Of a stretch of 63,862 nucleotides of DNA, positions 24,101 to 36,100 are shown in pieces. This DNA is from Negaprion brevirostris (taxonomy: Eukaryota). The position numbers and the translations under genes were made by a program. Under the pieces are notes generated by a model. The model worked only from the letters and a program-made list of their open reading frames with translations. It was not told the origin of the DNA and made no database searches. Each line of letters begins with the position of its first letter. Within the stretch, counting starts at the first letter, position 1. The stretch lies in assembly GCA_030324005.1 (NCBI GenBank), contig JARDVH010000025.1:63910897-63974758 (forward strand), written 5' to 3'.

Positions 24101-27100
24101 GGGGTTTGCAGTGGTTCTAGCTCATATGGTGGGTGGCACAAAGATAAAGCCAGTGGTGACATTCAAGTGTGCAAAGCTCTCTCCGAGATAAATTGCAGAA
24201 AGGCATTGTTCGTGACAGAGGCTGGATGAATAAAGGTGGTTACTGGAAATGTGGATAGAGGAGAGCCGGTGGATGTGGTCTTTCTTGATTTTCAGAAGGT
24301 GTTTGACAAGGTGCCTCACAAGAGGTTNNNNNNNNNNNNNNNNNNNNNNNNNNNNNNNNNNNNNNNNNNNNNNNNNNNNNNNNNNNNNNNNNNNNNNNNN
24401 NNNNNNNNNNNNNNNNNNNNNNNNNNNATGATCTTATTGAATGGCGGGGCAGGCTCGAAGGGCTAGATGGCCTACTCCTGCTCCCATTTCTTATGTTCTT
24501 ATGTGTGGAATTTGAGACCAGGAGGACTACGTAAACAGAAATTTTACTCATTCAGGACATGCTCAATTCTACCTTGTCGACGATTTAGCCTGTGATGTAA
24601 AATCAATCAAAACAGACGTGGTAGTTATTTCCAGTGGTCTTAGCGGGTGTCATCGAGCCTTGAATGAGTGCATAAATAAAACCTATCAAGGACAATATCC
24701 AACAAATCTGGAATGATTGGATGTTGGAAGGTGAAAGAACATTTACTGAAGGTGGAAATGTGTGAGCACCTTGGTCAGCACTACTGTGTCAGTGGGTCAT
24801 AAACACATGGTATGAACTTTATCCCATTAGTGTTAAAAAAAATCATGCCACTCATGGATTCAACAGCTTCCAACTCCACCCAATGTTTCCTCTTCAATAA
24901 TGCAGACTCTGGATAATAACAGCATCACGGCACATTAAGATAATAAGAACTGGAGAAAGGAGTAGGTGACTGAGCTTGCTCTGCTCTTTGATAAGATCAT
25001 GGCGAATTTGATTGTGGCCTCAGCTCCACTTTCCTGCCCTTATCCCAGAAGCCTTGACTCTCTTGTGCATCACAAAACACTGGGCCCTATTTTACTATTT
25101 TGATTCTAAGTGGTGGGCAGACTTGAGTCTGGGAGTGTTTCAGATCTGACTTTTAGACCCGTTTTTCAGGCACCCCCATATGCACGCTTCCTGCAAAAAT
25201 ATCAGCGGTTCAGAATTGTGCTGCACAAGCCTGTGGCCGGGGCTTAATGTGCCCGAAACACTGCAGCTCCAATTGATACCTCCAACTGGGCATGTGCAGA
25301 AGGAAAGATAGAATAATGCTCCCCTACCACTTCACTCCAGCACTGGATAACGCCTCCTGCTAGTCTCGACAGATATTGCTCCACCACCCAGAACGATCCC
25401 GGGCCCCTTCTCCCCCCAGTGATCTCACGCAGAGTGGCAGTGGAACCTCTTCCCCCCTCCCCCATTGATCTCAGGCAGAGAGATCCACACTCCCCCCCCC
25501 ACCAACAGATATCAGAAAGGGTGATCCCCCTCACCCCCACTCCAGACCTTCCCACATAAGGTCCCCATCTCCTCTGAACTCCGATGACTGTGTGAAACCT
25601 CACTCTCTCTCTCCCCTGTCCCCAATCATCGAGGCACTGATCCACCACCCGCACTTCTTCCCACCAGCACACCTGTAAGTGGCCACTTGCCTTCCCCTCA
25701 ATGCTAACAATCAAACTGCATGGAACTTGCTGGAATGCTCTGCCAAACTGCCTGCAGCTGATCTGCCCTAACAAGGGGCAGCTCCATTAAAAACTCAAGA
25801 ATAGACAGGCAGGCAGGCATTCCTGCACAAAATGTGTGCATGAGCAGCCCCCCGATTTTCTGAGAGGGTGACCTAGGGAGGCTGCTGGATGCAGCAGAGA
25901 CGAGGTGGGTCACCCTCTTCCCCCCAAGAGGATGCAGACCCAGGGGTTTTAATTGAAATGCAGCCTGGGAAGCAGTCGCCACTTTGGTCAGTGCCAGGGA
26001 ACTGGCCCCCCGAACTGGAAAGCAGTGCAGGAATAAAGTCAATGGCTTTATCCATGCAGTAAGGGCGAGTGCTGAACTCTATCTTGCATCTTCCCCCAAA
26101 TCACACCCAGATCCTCCCATCCTCAGCACCCTGCATGTTCCAGCTCCTGAACACAAGCACCTCCCTCCTTACCCCTCCAAGAGCCCCACTGCGCTTGTGC
26201 TCTAAGGGTCACCACCTGATACTCTGCAGGAGTCACACCGCCATTTCTTTCATGGCTTCTTCTGTCTCCATATGACCACAACACCCATGAGAGGGTGAAG
26301 ACAGAGGGGTGGTGAACCAGACCTCTGCATCCTCACCCCCTTTGGAGTGGGCGCTGGAGCTCTGAAACAAAGGGGAGAAATGGGCTTTCAGCGACAGCAT
26401 GGCTGGGGTGCCATCGAGACATGAGCACCTGTCATTCCTCCACTTATTTTGAGGCAACTTCTCGAGAGCACGAGTTTTGGGTGAAAGGGGTAAGGTTTAA
26501 AGGAGATGTACGAAGCAAGAGGGTGGCGGGTGCCTGGGGTCGCTGACGGGGGAGGTCGTGGACGCAGATATAATGGTGACCTTTAAAAAGGAGCTATGAG
26601 ACTGGGATGGGAATAAAGACATATGGTCCAGGAAGGATCGGAGGTTACAAATCATATGGGCAGCCTGGTTGCTGCAGGCTTGGAGGGCCAAAGAGCCTGT
26701 TCCTGTGATGTAATTTTCTTGGTGCTTGGTTCTATGTTCAACAGAGAAATGTGAATGATGTGCTTGGCATCCTGGATTCCTCCCCCTCCCTTGCACTTAA
26801 TCATATGTCCTGTGTTGCATGGGCAGATCCAGACGCCTCACAGCCGTCTGGACTCCAGGCCCATACTGCAGCTCCTGCCCATCCTCGTCCAGACAGCTCA
26901 GACATATCCTCAGAGGATATGGCTGAAGGGACCTCCGAGAGTGGCACCGTTTTGGCATTAGCTTCCACCTCACAACTCACCATTCCAGATACTGACACGT
27001 CGGTGGGTCCAGTTAGTGGTGAGGCTTCTGGGTCACTCTCTGGCGAGCACAGGACATCTGTTGATGTACATCAGAAGCAGGAGGGAACATCCGAGGCCTC

Positions 27101-30100
27101 TGGCATGTAGGGGCCTGCCGGAAGCAAGAACTCGGTCGGCCCCAGGCTATTTGGGCTTCTGCGATCATTTCTCCCTCCACTGCTGGAAGTGCAGCAACAG
27201 AACTAGGGAATGCAGGAGGAACTGATGGCAGCAGTCCCAAAGCTTTCAGGTGGACCAGCTAGTGCTTGTCTTTCATGCTTCCCAGTCCAACAGCAGGATA
27301 TAAGTAGGCTGGAAAATTGGGTGGAGAAATGGCAGATGGAATTTAATCCAGATAAATGTGAAGTGGTGCATTTCAGTAGATCTAATGTAGGGGGGAGCTA
27401 TACAATAAATGGCAATCAGGAGTATAGACACACAGAGGGACATGTGGGTGCAAGTCCACAGATCCTTAAAGGTGGCAGCACAGGTGGAGAAGGTGGTAAA
27501 GAAGTCATATGGCATGCTTGCCTTTATTGGACAGGGCATAGAGTGTAAAAGTAGGCATATGATGTTGGGGCTATAGAGCGTTGGTTAGGCCTCATTTGGA
27601 ATAGTGTCCAGTTCTGGTCACCACACTACCAGAAGGGCGTGGAGGNNNNNNNNNNNNNNNNNNNNNNNNNNNNNNNNNNNNNNNNNNNNNNNNNNNNNNN
27701 NNNNNNNNNNNNNNNNNNNNNNNNNNNNNNNNNNNNNNNNNNNNNTTCAGTTCACAAGCTTTAATGTTAGAATGTCTTATTTAAATACCTTTATTGCAAG
27801 TAAGTGTTTTTTCACCATCCACTCGTGACTAACTCGTCTCGAACAGGAATCCTCTTCCATTGATGATTTCCGGAGGGATACTTCATGTTGATGTTAGTTT
27901 GGGAGGCCCCTCAATGCTGTGTCACTGAGAAAAGGAAGGCATTGGTTTCCCAGAACCCACAAGCGATTCCCTTATGTTCCCCACCCCACTCGCTCCAGAG
28001 TCCTGTATAAGGGTTTCAGATCCCTTACCCACTATACAGACATGGGTCCAAGTGCCAGTGTGCATGCAGAGCTCAGGTTGGAGTCAGACTAGTTTGCACC
28101 AGGACGTCATCATAATCGTGCTCCTGACTGCCAAAAGACTCACTAACACAGTGTACCCAGGCCCACCACTCTGGTGTGAGAATGTTTCAGGAGACAGAAG
28201 GATTTTTGGGGAGAGGGGAAGGAGGTGGAACCCACAAACACAAACTGCTAGCGAGTGGACTGCCTGGTGATCAGAGCTTCCCTTGCCACTTTCACATGAC
28301 TCATTTGAGCTGCAAGCCCTCAAGTGCCTAGATGATGTTCCTCAGTATGCTCTTCCTCATCTTCCTTCTCCTCTTCCTCCTCCTGCTGGTCATCCTCCCA
28401 GCAACACCCAGCTGGTCAGCCTCCATGTCTTACTCCTCCAATATGTCACCTCTCTGTTCAAAACGAAGCACTCTTACCTTCCAGCACGCAAAAGAATCAC
28501 TCCCCTCTCTGCTTGCTGCGGTGGAACAGTGAACATTGTGGAAGAGAATTCCAAAGACTAATGATCTTCTGACAGAAACAATTCCTCCTCATCTCCATCT
28601 TAAATTGAAGACCCTTATTTTTACACTTTCCCCTCAGTGTATTTTCCCCATGAAGGGAACCATCCTCTCAGCATCTACTCTGTAAATTCTCTCCTATAAG
28701 GTCAGTAAGACCACGTCTCATTTTTCTAAACTCCAACACATACAGGCTCAGCTGCTCGGTCATTCCTCCATTAGCTCCAAGTGCCTCCACAGACCCTCAC
28801 TATCTAGTGAAAGCTGTGTGTCCGGATGGCTGATCCCTTCTTTTGATAGGAAAAGTGATGATGGTGCAATTTCATTGTAGATTACCCAAGTCGCCGCATG
28901 GTTACACAATGTTCTTGTCTTTTAAAGATTTGTTTGCTTGTTTTACATGATTGCATTTTGGTTTTATTAACTATTGCACAAAATGAGAGTAGAATTTGAT
29001 ACCTGATGCATTTTGAGAGCTAACATGTCAATCATTTGTACTCCTTTCTCAGGAAACCACCAATGCAATACTGCAGTGGGGGATTCCATGGTTCTGATAA
29101 TCAGTTCAAGAACATGCAGGTAAGGCACAGATGTCAAGATTTGGATCTTCCTGTCTCTTGCATTGCACTCACTACCTAGAAACCAATTTAAATATTGACA
29201 TACTTTTGGAATATAGCTAATTACTATGAGAAGTAATTGCACTCCCATTTTCTTTCAATGGCAGACCATCTTTCTTGGCATTGGGCCTGGATTTCAAACC
29301 AAGACTCAGGTTCAACCCTTTTCAAATATAGAAGTCTATAATCTAATCTGCGGTAAGAACATTAGAATTTATATGATTGCATTTGCTCAGTTATGAAGGG
29401 ATTTTTAGATTTTCCATAGAATCCCTACTGTGCAGAAGAAGGCTATTCGGTCCAGTGACCCCAGGCCCTATCTCTGCAACCCCTTGACACCATGGGGCAA
29501 TTGAGCATGGCCAATCAGCCTAACCCACGCATCTTTGGACTATGGGAGGAAACCAGAGCAGACACTGGGAGAACATTCAGACTCCACACTGAGGCGGGTA
29601 TTGAACCCCGGTCCCTGGCACTGAGACAGCAGTGCTAACCACTGTGTCACCTTGCCACCCAAGAAATTATCAGTTGCAAACCTGACTGCACTGATTATCA
29701 TTTCATTGAAATGGATGTTATTGCAAAATAGAATAAATGTGCAGCTTAAAAGATTGCTGGTAATTTCATGAAATGAGGCAACATTATTGTACTTCACTCA
29801 AAAATGTCATGGAAACCAGTGTCTGAAATGCCACCTGTGATTGAAGTTCTATTCAATCAAGAAAATGGGTATTTTATTGGCCAAATCTAAAATGAACACC
29901 ACTGTCTTACGTAGTAAAAGGCATTTCACCACAGAATTACTTATAATTATGCTGATGGATAACCTATTAAGCCTATTGTTATTGGATTGTGTTGATGTGC
30001 ATGTTTACAATGAGAAAGATCTTCTTTTCTTTGCCATTGGAATTTTGCCAGAATTTGCTTCCTATTCCTAGCCACCCTTTTGGATCGGGAAAAGCTTGTT

Positions 30101-33100
30101 GCAGCTGTATTGGAGCAGCTTCTGATGAGGGTGCAATGGCAAAAGCTGCCAGGTACAATCTGACAACAATTCCTGTAGCTTGATGGGTGGGCATTTGTCC
30201 CTCTTGCTCCTGTGCCCAATGGTACTGTGACCTATGACAGCAAGGGCTTTATCACAGGAAAACAGCCCCAACTCTTGTGCCTGTCTGTCCCCAGTGAGCC
30301 CACCCACCACTCAATTCCAGGGTTCTGTGCTATTCCTCCCTCCTGCTACAGTACTGGCTGTGGTCCCAGTTCTCAGTGGTACTGCCAGATTTTGGCTCCT
30401 ACTCCTGAGGAAGAGCACCCATTATTCAGGAACCAGGAACCCTTACATTGATCTGTTAGGTGTCCAGATGGCTTTTCATTGCATCTGCGCACCCAGGAAT
30501 TGTTGTGGAGGTTGCCACCAGCTCTCCAACCAGTGGGCAGTCCCACTGATGTGATGATTAAATCCAGCCTCATGTGGTGTGGGTACACCCACAGTAATGT
30601 TCAGAAGAGAATTCCAGAATTTTGATTCACAACAGTGAGGAATTGGTGATGTTGATTGCTAATTGATTTGCGATTGGAATACCTATCTGAAACTCAGAAT
30701 AGATGTACACAGACATTCCATGACAATCTATGCCTGATTTCAAGAGAGCATTCATTCCAATGAAATCCCTTTCTCCTGAGCCCCAGATGTAATATTTAGA
30801 GTTCTTTAAGTCTTAGGCTCTTGCAAAACAATACATTGATTTTGCTATCTTTCAGTTTTAGCACTAATTTAGTGCTAATGAGTGAGCAAATGTCCAGTGC
30901 AAGATACTCGCCGTGATTCTCCGGGACCGTTAGCTGTGGCGGGAACCACAGTGGCCCAGTGACTTGGGTGATGACTAAGACAGGAATCGCNNNNNNNNNN
31001 NNNNNNNNNNNNNNNNNNNNNNNNNNNNNNNNNNNNNNNNNNNNNNNNNNNNNNNNNNNNNNNNNNNNNNNNNNNNNNNNNNNNNNNNNNNNNNNNNNNN
31101 NNNNNNNNNNNNNNNNNNNNNNNNNNNNNNNNNNNNNNNNNNNNNNNNNNNNNNNNNNNNNNNNNNNNNNNNNNNNNNNNNNNNNNNNNNNNNNAGCAGG
31201 ATTTAGTACTGGACTTGACAAATGTGAATCAGGCTCCTTAGATTCTGAACGTGGTGGTGGGGGGCCAAGGAAGTAAGTGCCCCTCTGTCACTGCTAGGGT
31301 TGCAGAGGGAGGGTCCCTGAAGACACCTGGGGGTTGGATGAGCTTGGGTTGGGATAAAGGGGTTGACCTCGGGATATTCCCGTCGGATGGGGTCTCGTGG
31401 TTGGACTGCCACTTTCACCCTGGAGAAAGCATGGTGGTCTCCAGCAGCTTTCATGATATAAATCACAAATAGCAAGGCACCTAATACAGAACCCTCCAGA
31501 ACCTGCCTGAAACAGCCTTTGAACTACAAAAACACCCATTGACCATTTGAGTCCCACCTCTGAACCAAATCTGGATCCAACTTGCCAGTACTTTTCCGAC
31601 CAACTTGCAATATAGGAGCTTGTCAAAAGTTTTGCTAAAATCCATGTATACTGCCTCAAATATACTGTCTTCATTGACTTTATCAATTGAATGCTGACTT
31701 TTCTGATTAATCTGTGTCTGTCTAAATGAAGATTTATTCTGCACCTCAGAACTTTTTCCAATATTTTGCCCTTTGTCAAGGTTAGGGTAACTGGCCTTCA
31801 ATTACTCGGGCTACCCTCCCTCCATTTTTAAAAAATGGTATAACGTTGGGAGTCTTTGGGCACTCTGTAACCAGATATGATTTGAAAATGGTAAGAGCCA
31901 TTGCCATTTCTTCCCTTGTTTCTCTTAGTAGCCTGGGATACATTTCCTCTGTAACTATATGGCCTGCATTGTTCCTTTCCTTTGTGCAGTCAAGGACAGA
32001 ATGGATTAAGTACCATTTCCAAGTTTTCCCCTCCAAGTTACCATTTTGGTCTCTATTTGGCTCTACTCTTAGTTATTCTCTTTATTAATTCATGAGACAT
32101 CTTTTGGTTATCATTGATTTTACTTACTGACATTTTCTCAAGCCCTTCCCTTGCTTTCCTGATTCCCTTTGAAATTTCACCTTGGCACCCTTACATGTTC
32201 CTATACGCTTTCTGCAGTATCTGAACCTTTGATTAATCTGCATGCTTTTTGACATCCAGACAGTCTAGATTTGGGAATTCTAACCTTCTTATTTGTGGGA
32301 GCATATTTTTCTGAACCCTGTCTACCTCCTACTTGAATGCCTCTCGTTCCTTTGCTTTGTCTTCAAGTATATTGTTTCCAAATCACATCTCTGCTTCATA
32401 AAATTGGCCTTCACCCAAATAAAAACCTTTATTCTTGATCCAAGAGCATGATAATATCCAAGATTGGCCCAGCAAATGCCAGATAATGAATAATTTGAGC
32501 AAGATAAAGATCAACTGCTGCCTATAACTTACTATCTAGTACTCAATCATCAAGATCTTGTGGGTCACCCTTTACGAGGGCAGGATAGAGGCTGGGTGCT
32601 CTGTGCCAAGTGGCTAACCTCCTAACCTCTCCAAGCCATCCACAATATTCAAGTTAAGAGTGAGGTGGCATAATCACTACTTTAACATTTATTCAGTAGC
32701 AACAACATTTGAACTTTTTCATCCTTAAAGGGAGATTAGTTTGTTTGTTTGGCTCTGTTCCAATAGATTTAATATCTATCTCCACCATCACCACCCATAA
32801 TTATGAAACTATGCAATATTGTGAGTGCATAATTACAACTAGCTGAATGGTTTTGGCTAATCTCCTGCTGCGGTTGACAGTTATGAGTTGGATTTTGTGG
32901 TGGCGAGATCTGTGTGCTGTTAAACTATGGTAGTGAGACAGCCTCCAGCAGAAGCTTGATGATGTCTAGACTTGGGCTGACAAAGCCTAGAGAAAAGCCT
33001 TCTTAAGCAAGAGAAAAGCCTGGGGCTTCAAAAAAAGAGAGAGGAAATTCCATCTACCGCTACGTTCCCTATAATATTAAACATTGACATTTCTATGAGC

Positions 33101-36100
33101 GTTCTCCAGTGTAGAAAAATGTGAAATTAAAAAAACTGCTGGGAAGGTAACTGGTTGAAAAACCCACACATAGTTGCAGATATGTTGGGGTTTCAGTTTA
33201 GTGAGGCAGCATGGTCGGTACAGGCTTGGAGGGCTGAAGCGCCTGTTCCTGTGCTGTTATTTTCTTTCTTCTTTGTGTCCCATTAGACTTTTGATTTGCT
33301 CTTTAATTATGTACATGATAACCTTGTGGTCTGTATGCAAATTTATATTCCTTATTATCAGTGAGCCCTGCTGTCTTAAATGTTCTGCTTTAACTGGCAT
33401 TATTGCCTGTTCTATTATCATTTGGTGCAATCTATTAGTAATACACAAAGAAATTCAGCTATTAAAATGTCTCTGATTTTGTGTTTACCCATAATGATGT
33501 ACATTTGCAAGCCACGTGTGTCTTTTATCACATGTTGAAAATCAAGAAAACTGCAAGTTTTATTTAAAAAACTGAAATTACAGATTTTGGAAGTGCATAG
33601 CAGGTGCCACAGAATCTTAAAAGTGAATATGACAGATTAATATGTCGGTGAAAGGTCCTCCATTAGAATGAGTTTCTTTGGGTGGAGTTTTGCCAGGACG
33701 GGGCCACAAAATATGGTGAGCTGTTCAAAGATCCATTGACTGAGGCAGGGCTGGAAGGGGACGAGATGGCCTGGTGGTATCATCACTGGACTACTAATCC
33801 AAGAACCTCAGCTAATGTCCTGGGGACGCAGGTTCAAATCCCACCATGGCAGATGATGGAATTTGAATTCATTAGAAAGGATCTGGAATTAAGAATCTAC
33901 AGGTGACCATGAAACCATTGTCAATTGTCGGAAAAACCCAACTGGTTCACAAATGTCCTTTTAGGGAAGGAAATCTGCCATCCTTTCTTGATCTGATCTA
34001 CTTCAGAGCCACAGCAATGTGGTTGATTCTCAACTGCCCTTGGGTAACTAGGGTGAGCAATAAATGCTGGCCAGCCAGCGATGCCCATGTCTCATGAATG
34101 AATAAAAAAGATCTGGCCAGCGGGAGGGCCTGTAAAATTCCACCTCTTGTCTTGTTTTAATTTGAGTTTTAATTATTCCTTGCTTTAGATTTGTTGCAGA
34201 TCACTCCTGCACCCAACAATGGAACTCATGGAAGTCTAAATCACCTTTTAAAGAAACCTGTCTACACGCCTACCCATCTGAAGGAAGTATCTTCAACATC
34301 ATCTTGCTCTTCAACAAAATTTAGACCAACTATTGCTCCTCCAACAGAATGTTCATGCAGTTCCCTGGTAATTAAAATAATATTTAGAACAATTATTTTA
34401 GAATTGGCTAACTAGTTTCAAAGACTCTTATGTTGATTTCTTACACAAATATTTTGACACTTTAGGATTCGTTGCCATCAGATGCATGCACGGAATTAAA
34501 TCTGTCCTTAACTGAAGGTAGGAAACTACCATAAACAATCTAACTGTATGCTACTAACAAATGTTGTTCATTTAGACTTGGAGAACTTTGATAGGTTTTC
34601 ATCTTCACTGCCTGGGTTGCATTGGGCAGATCAGCTCACTTGTGCTTTGGAGTGAAGTTGCAGGACATGTGAGGTGGACTTTTATTTTGCTTTCTCAATA
34701 TTTCCCCTATTTAACAGAAATTTCCTTTGCAAATACGTTATGCTGCAATTGCAGCCTCCCCACAGAGGGGACACTGCAGCGCTACACTGGCAGGATGGTG
34801 TAATAACAACATGATAGATTTGCATGGCAGATTCCATTATAAATGTGAGCAAATGAATTCATTATGAAAGATAAAAATAAAGATGGAATGCATGACTTCA
34901 AAATGGGGATTTATGCACATCCAGGTTTAAATATTGTCTATCCTCTAACCTTACTTTATCTGAGGGTAGCAGTTGGTCTTGATTCCAACAGGAAATCAGC
35001 TAGAACATTCAAAAGTAGAAGCAAAGTCAAATATTTAATCCTGGAGCCTGGAATTTGTAAGTAGATTATTAACTTGCAATTGGCTTGAGGAATTTACAAG
35101 CCTGACGTGATGTAGTTTTCCAGAGAGAATAATTGAGCAGTTCCTTTAGCGGCAGAAACCCACACACATCACAACTGTTTTCCAGACCCCAGACAGCCTG
35201 TTTTGTGTGGCAGTGGTGATTGTGTGGTGGAGCTCAGGTTGCACCTGTTTGTGGATGGAGTTGGTGATGTTGAAATAATGGACTCGATTTTCAAGTTTGG
35301 ATTGAGAACCAGACATGCAGAAGGAATTTAGGTCCTGACCCCACATCTGAGTTGTGTCACTTATTGACAACATGATTTTCAAATGTAAGGAGTTGAATTG
35401 GCCAGGAGGCAAAATCAGTGCCCGCTTAGAGCTGGCAGATGCCTTCAGGCATGGGCAAAGACAAACAACAGCTATAATGGAGGCTGACGAGGGCATGGTA
35501 GTGTTTACACGATACAAGGCTGGAGCACTGGAACTAGTGCTAAGGTATCTAAGGAAACTCAATTATAAATCAAAGAGGTGGAGTATCTGATGGCCCTGTG
35601 TCCCATGCTGTTCAGGTTCACTGAAATGAGAATTCTAGTGAGCATAGACAATCCTGTTGTTCCTTCACAGGGTCACTGGGGCAAAATCCTGCCACTCCTT
35701 CCCTAACTGCACTGAGGGTGTACCTACACCATATGCAAAGAACAAAGAAAATTACAGCACAGAAATAGGCCCTTCGGCTCTCCAAGTCTGGACTGACTGC
35801 AGTGATTCAAGAAAATAGATCATCCCCACCTCGTAAAGGGCAGTTAGGGATGGGCAATGAATGCTGGCCTGCGTTGCCCACACCCCTCATGAATAAAACA
35901 CAAATTCCAATCCTGAGGTCCTGTAAAATCAGCCTGTGAAAAGAGGCAGTGCAGCTTTATAAATAAAACTGTTACCTACCTCGCACAGCCTGGTGAATGG
36001 GGAAATCGTTAGAAATATATTTTCTAATTTGTGGTGTCATGAAGAGAGCTGCAGAAACCAAGCATCAAATCAAACCTCTTACACTGGTGAGGCTCCTCAT

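Noticed and set aside
25244-25774. 176-aa G/R-rich minus-strand ORF
   Set aside because: Low-complexity C-rich interior of a DNA transposon; no recognisable domain.
33757-33850. tRNA-like A and B boxes (also in the V-SINE heads)
   Set aside because: These are SINE heads, not cloverleaf tRNA genes.
35146-35590. 138-aa and 78-aa opposing ORFs
   Set aside because: No recognisable homology or splice structure.
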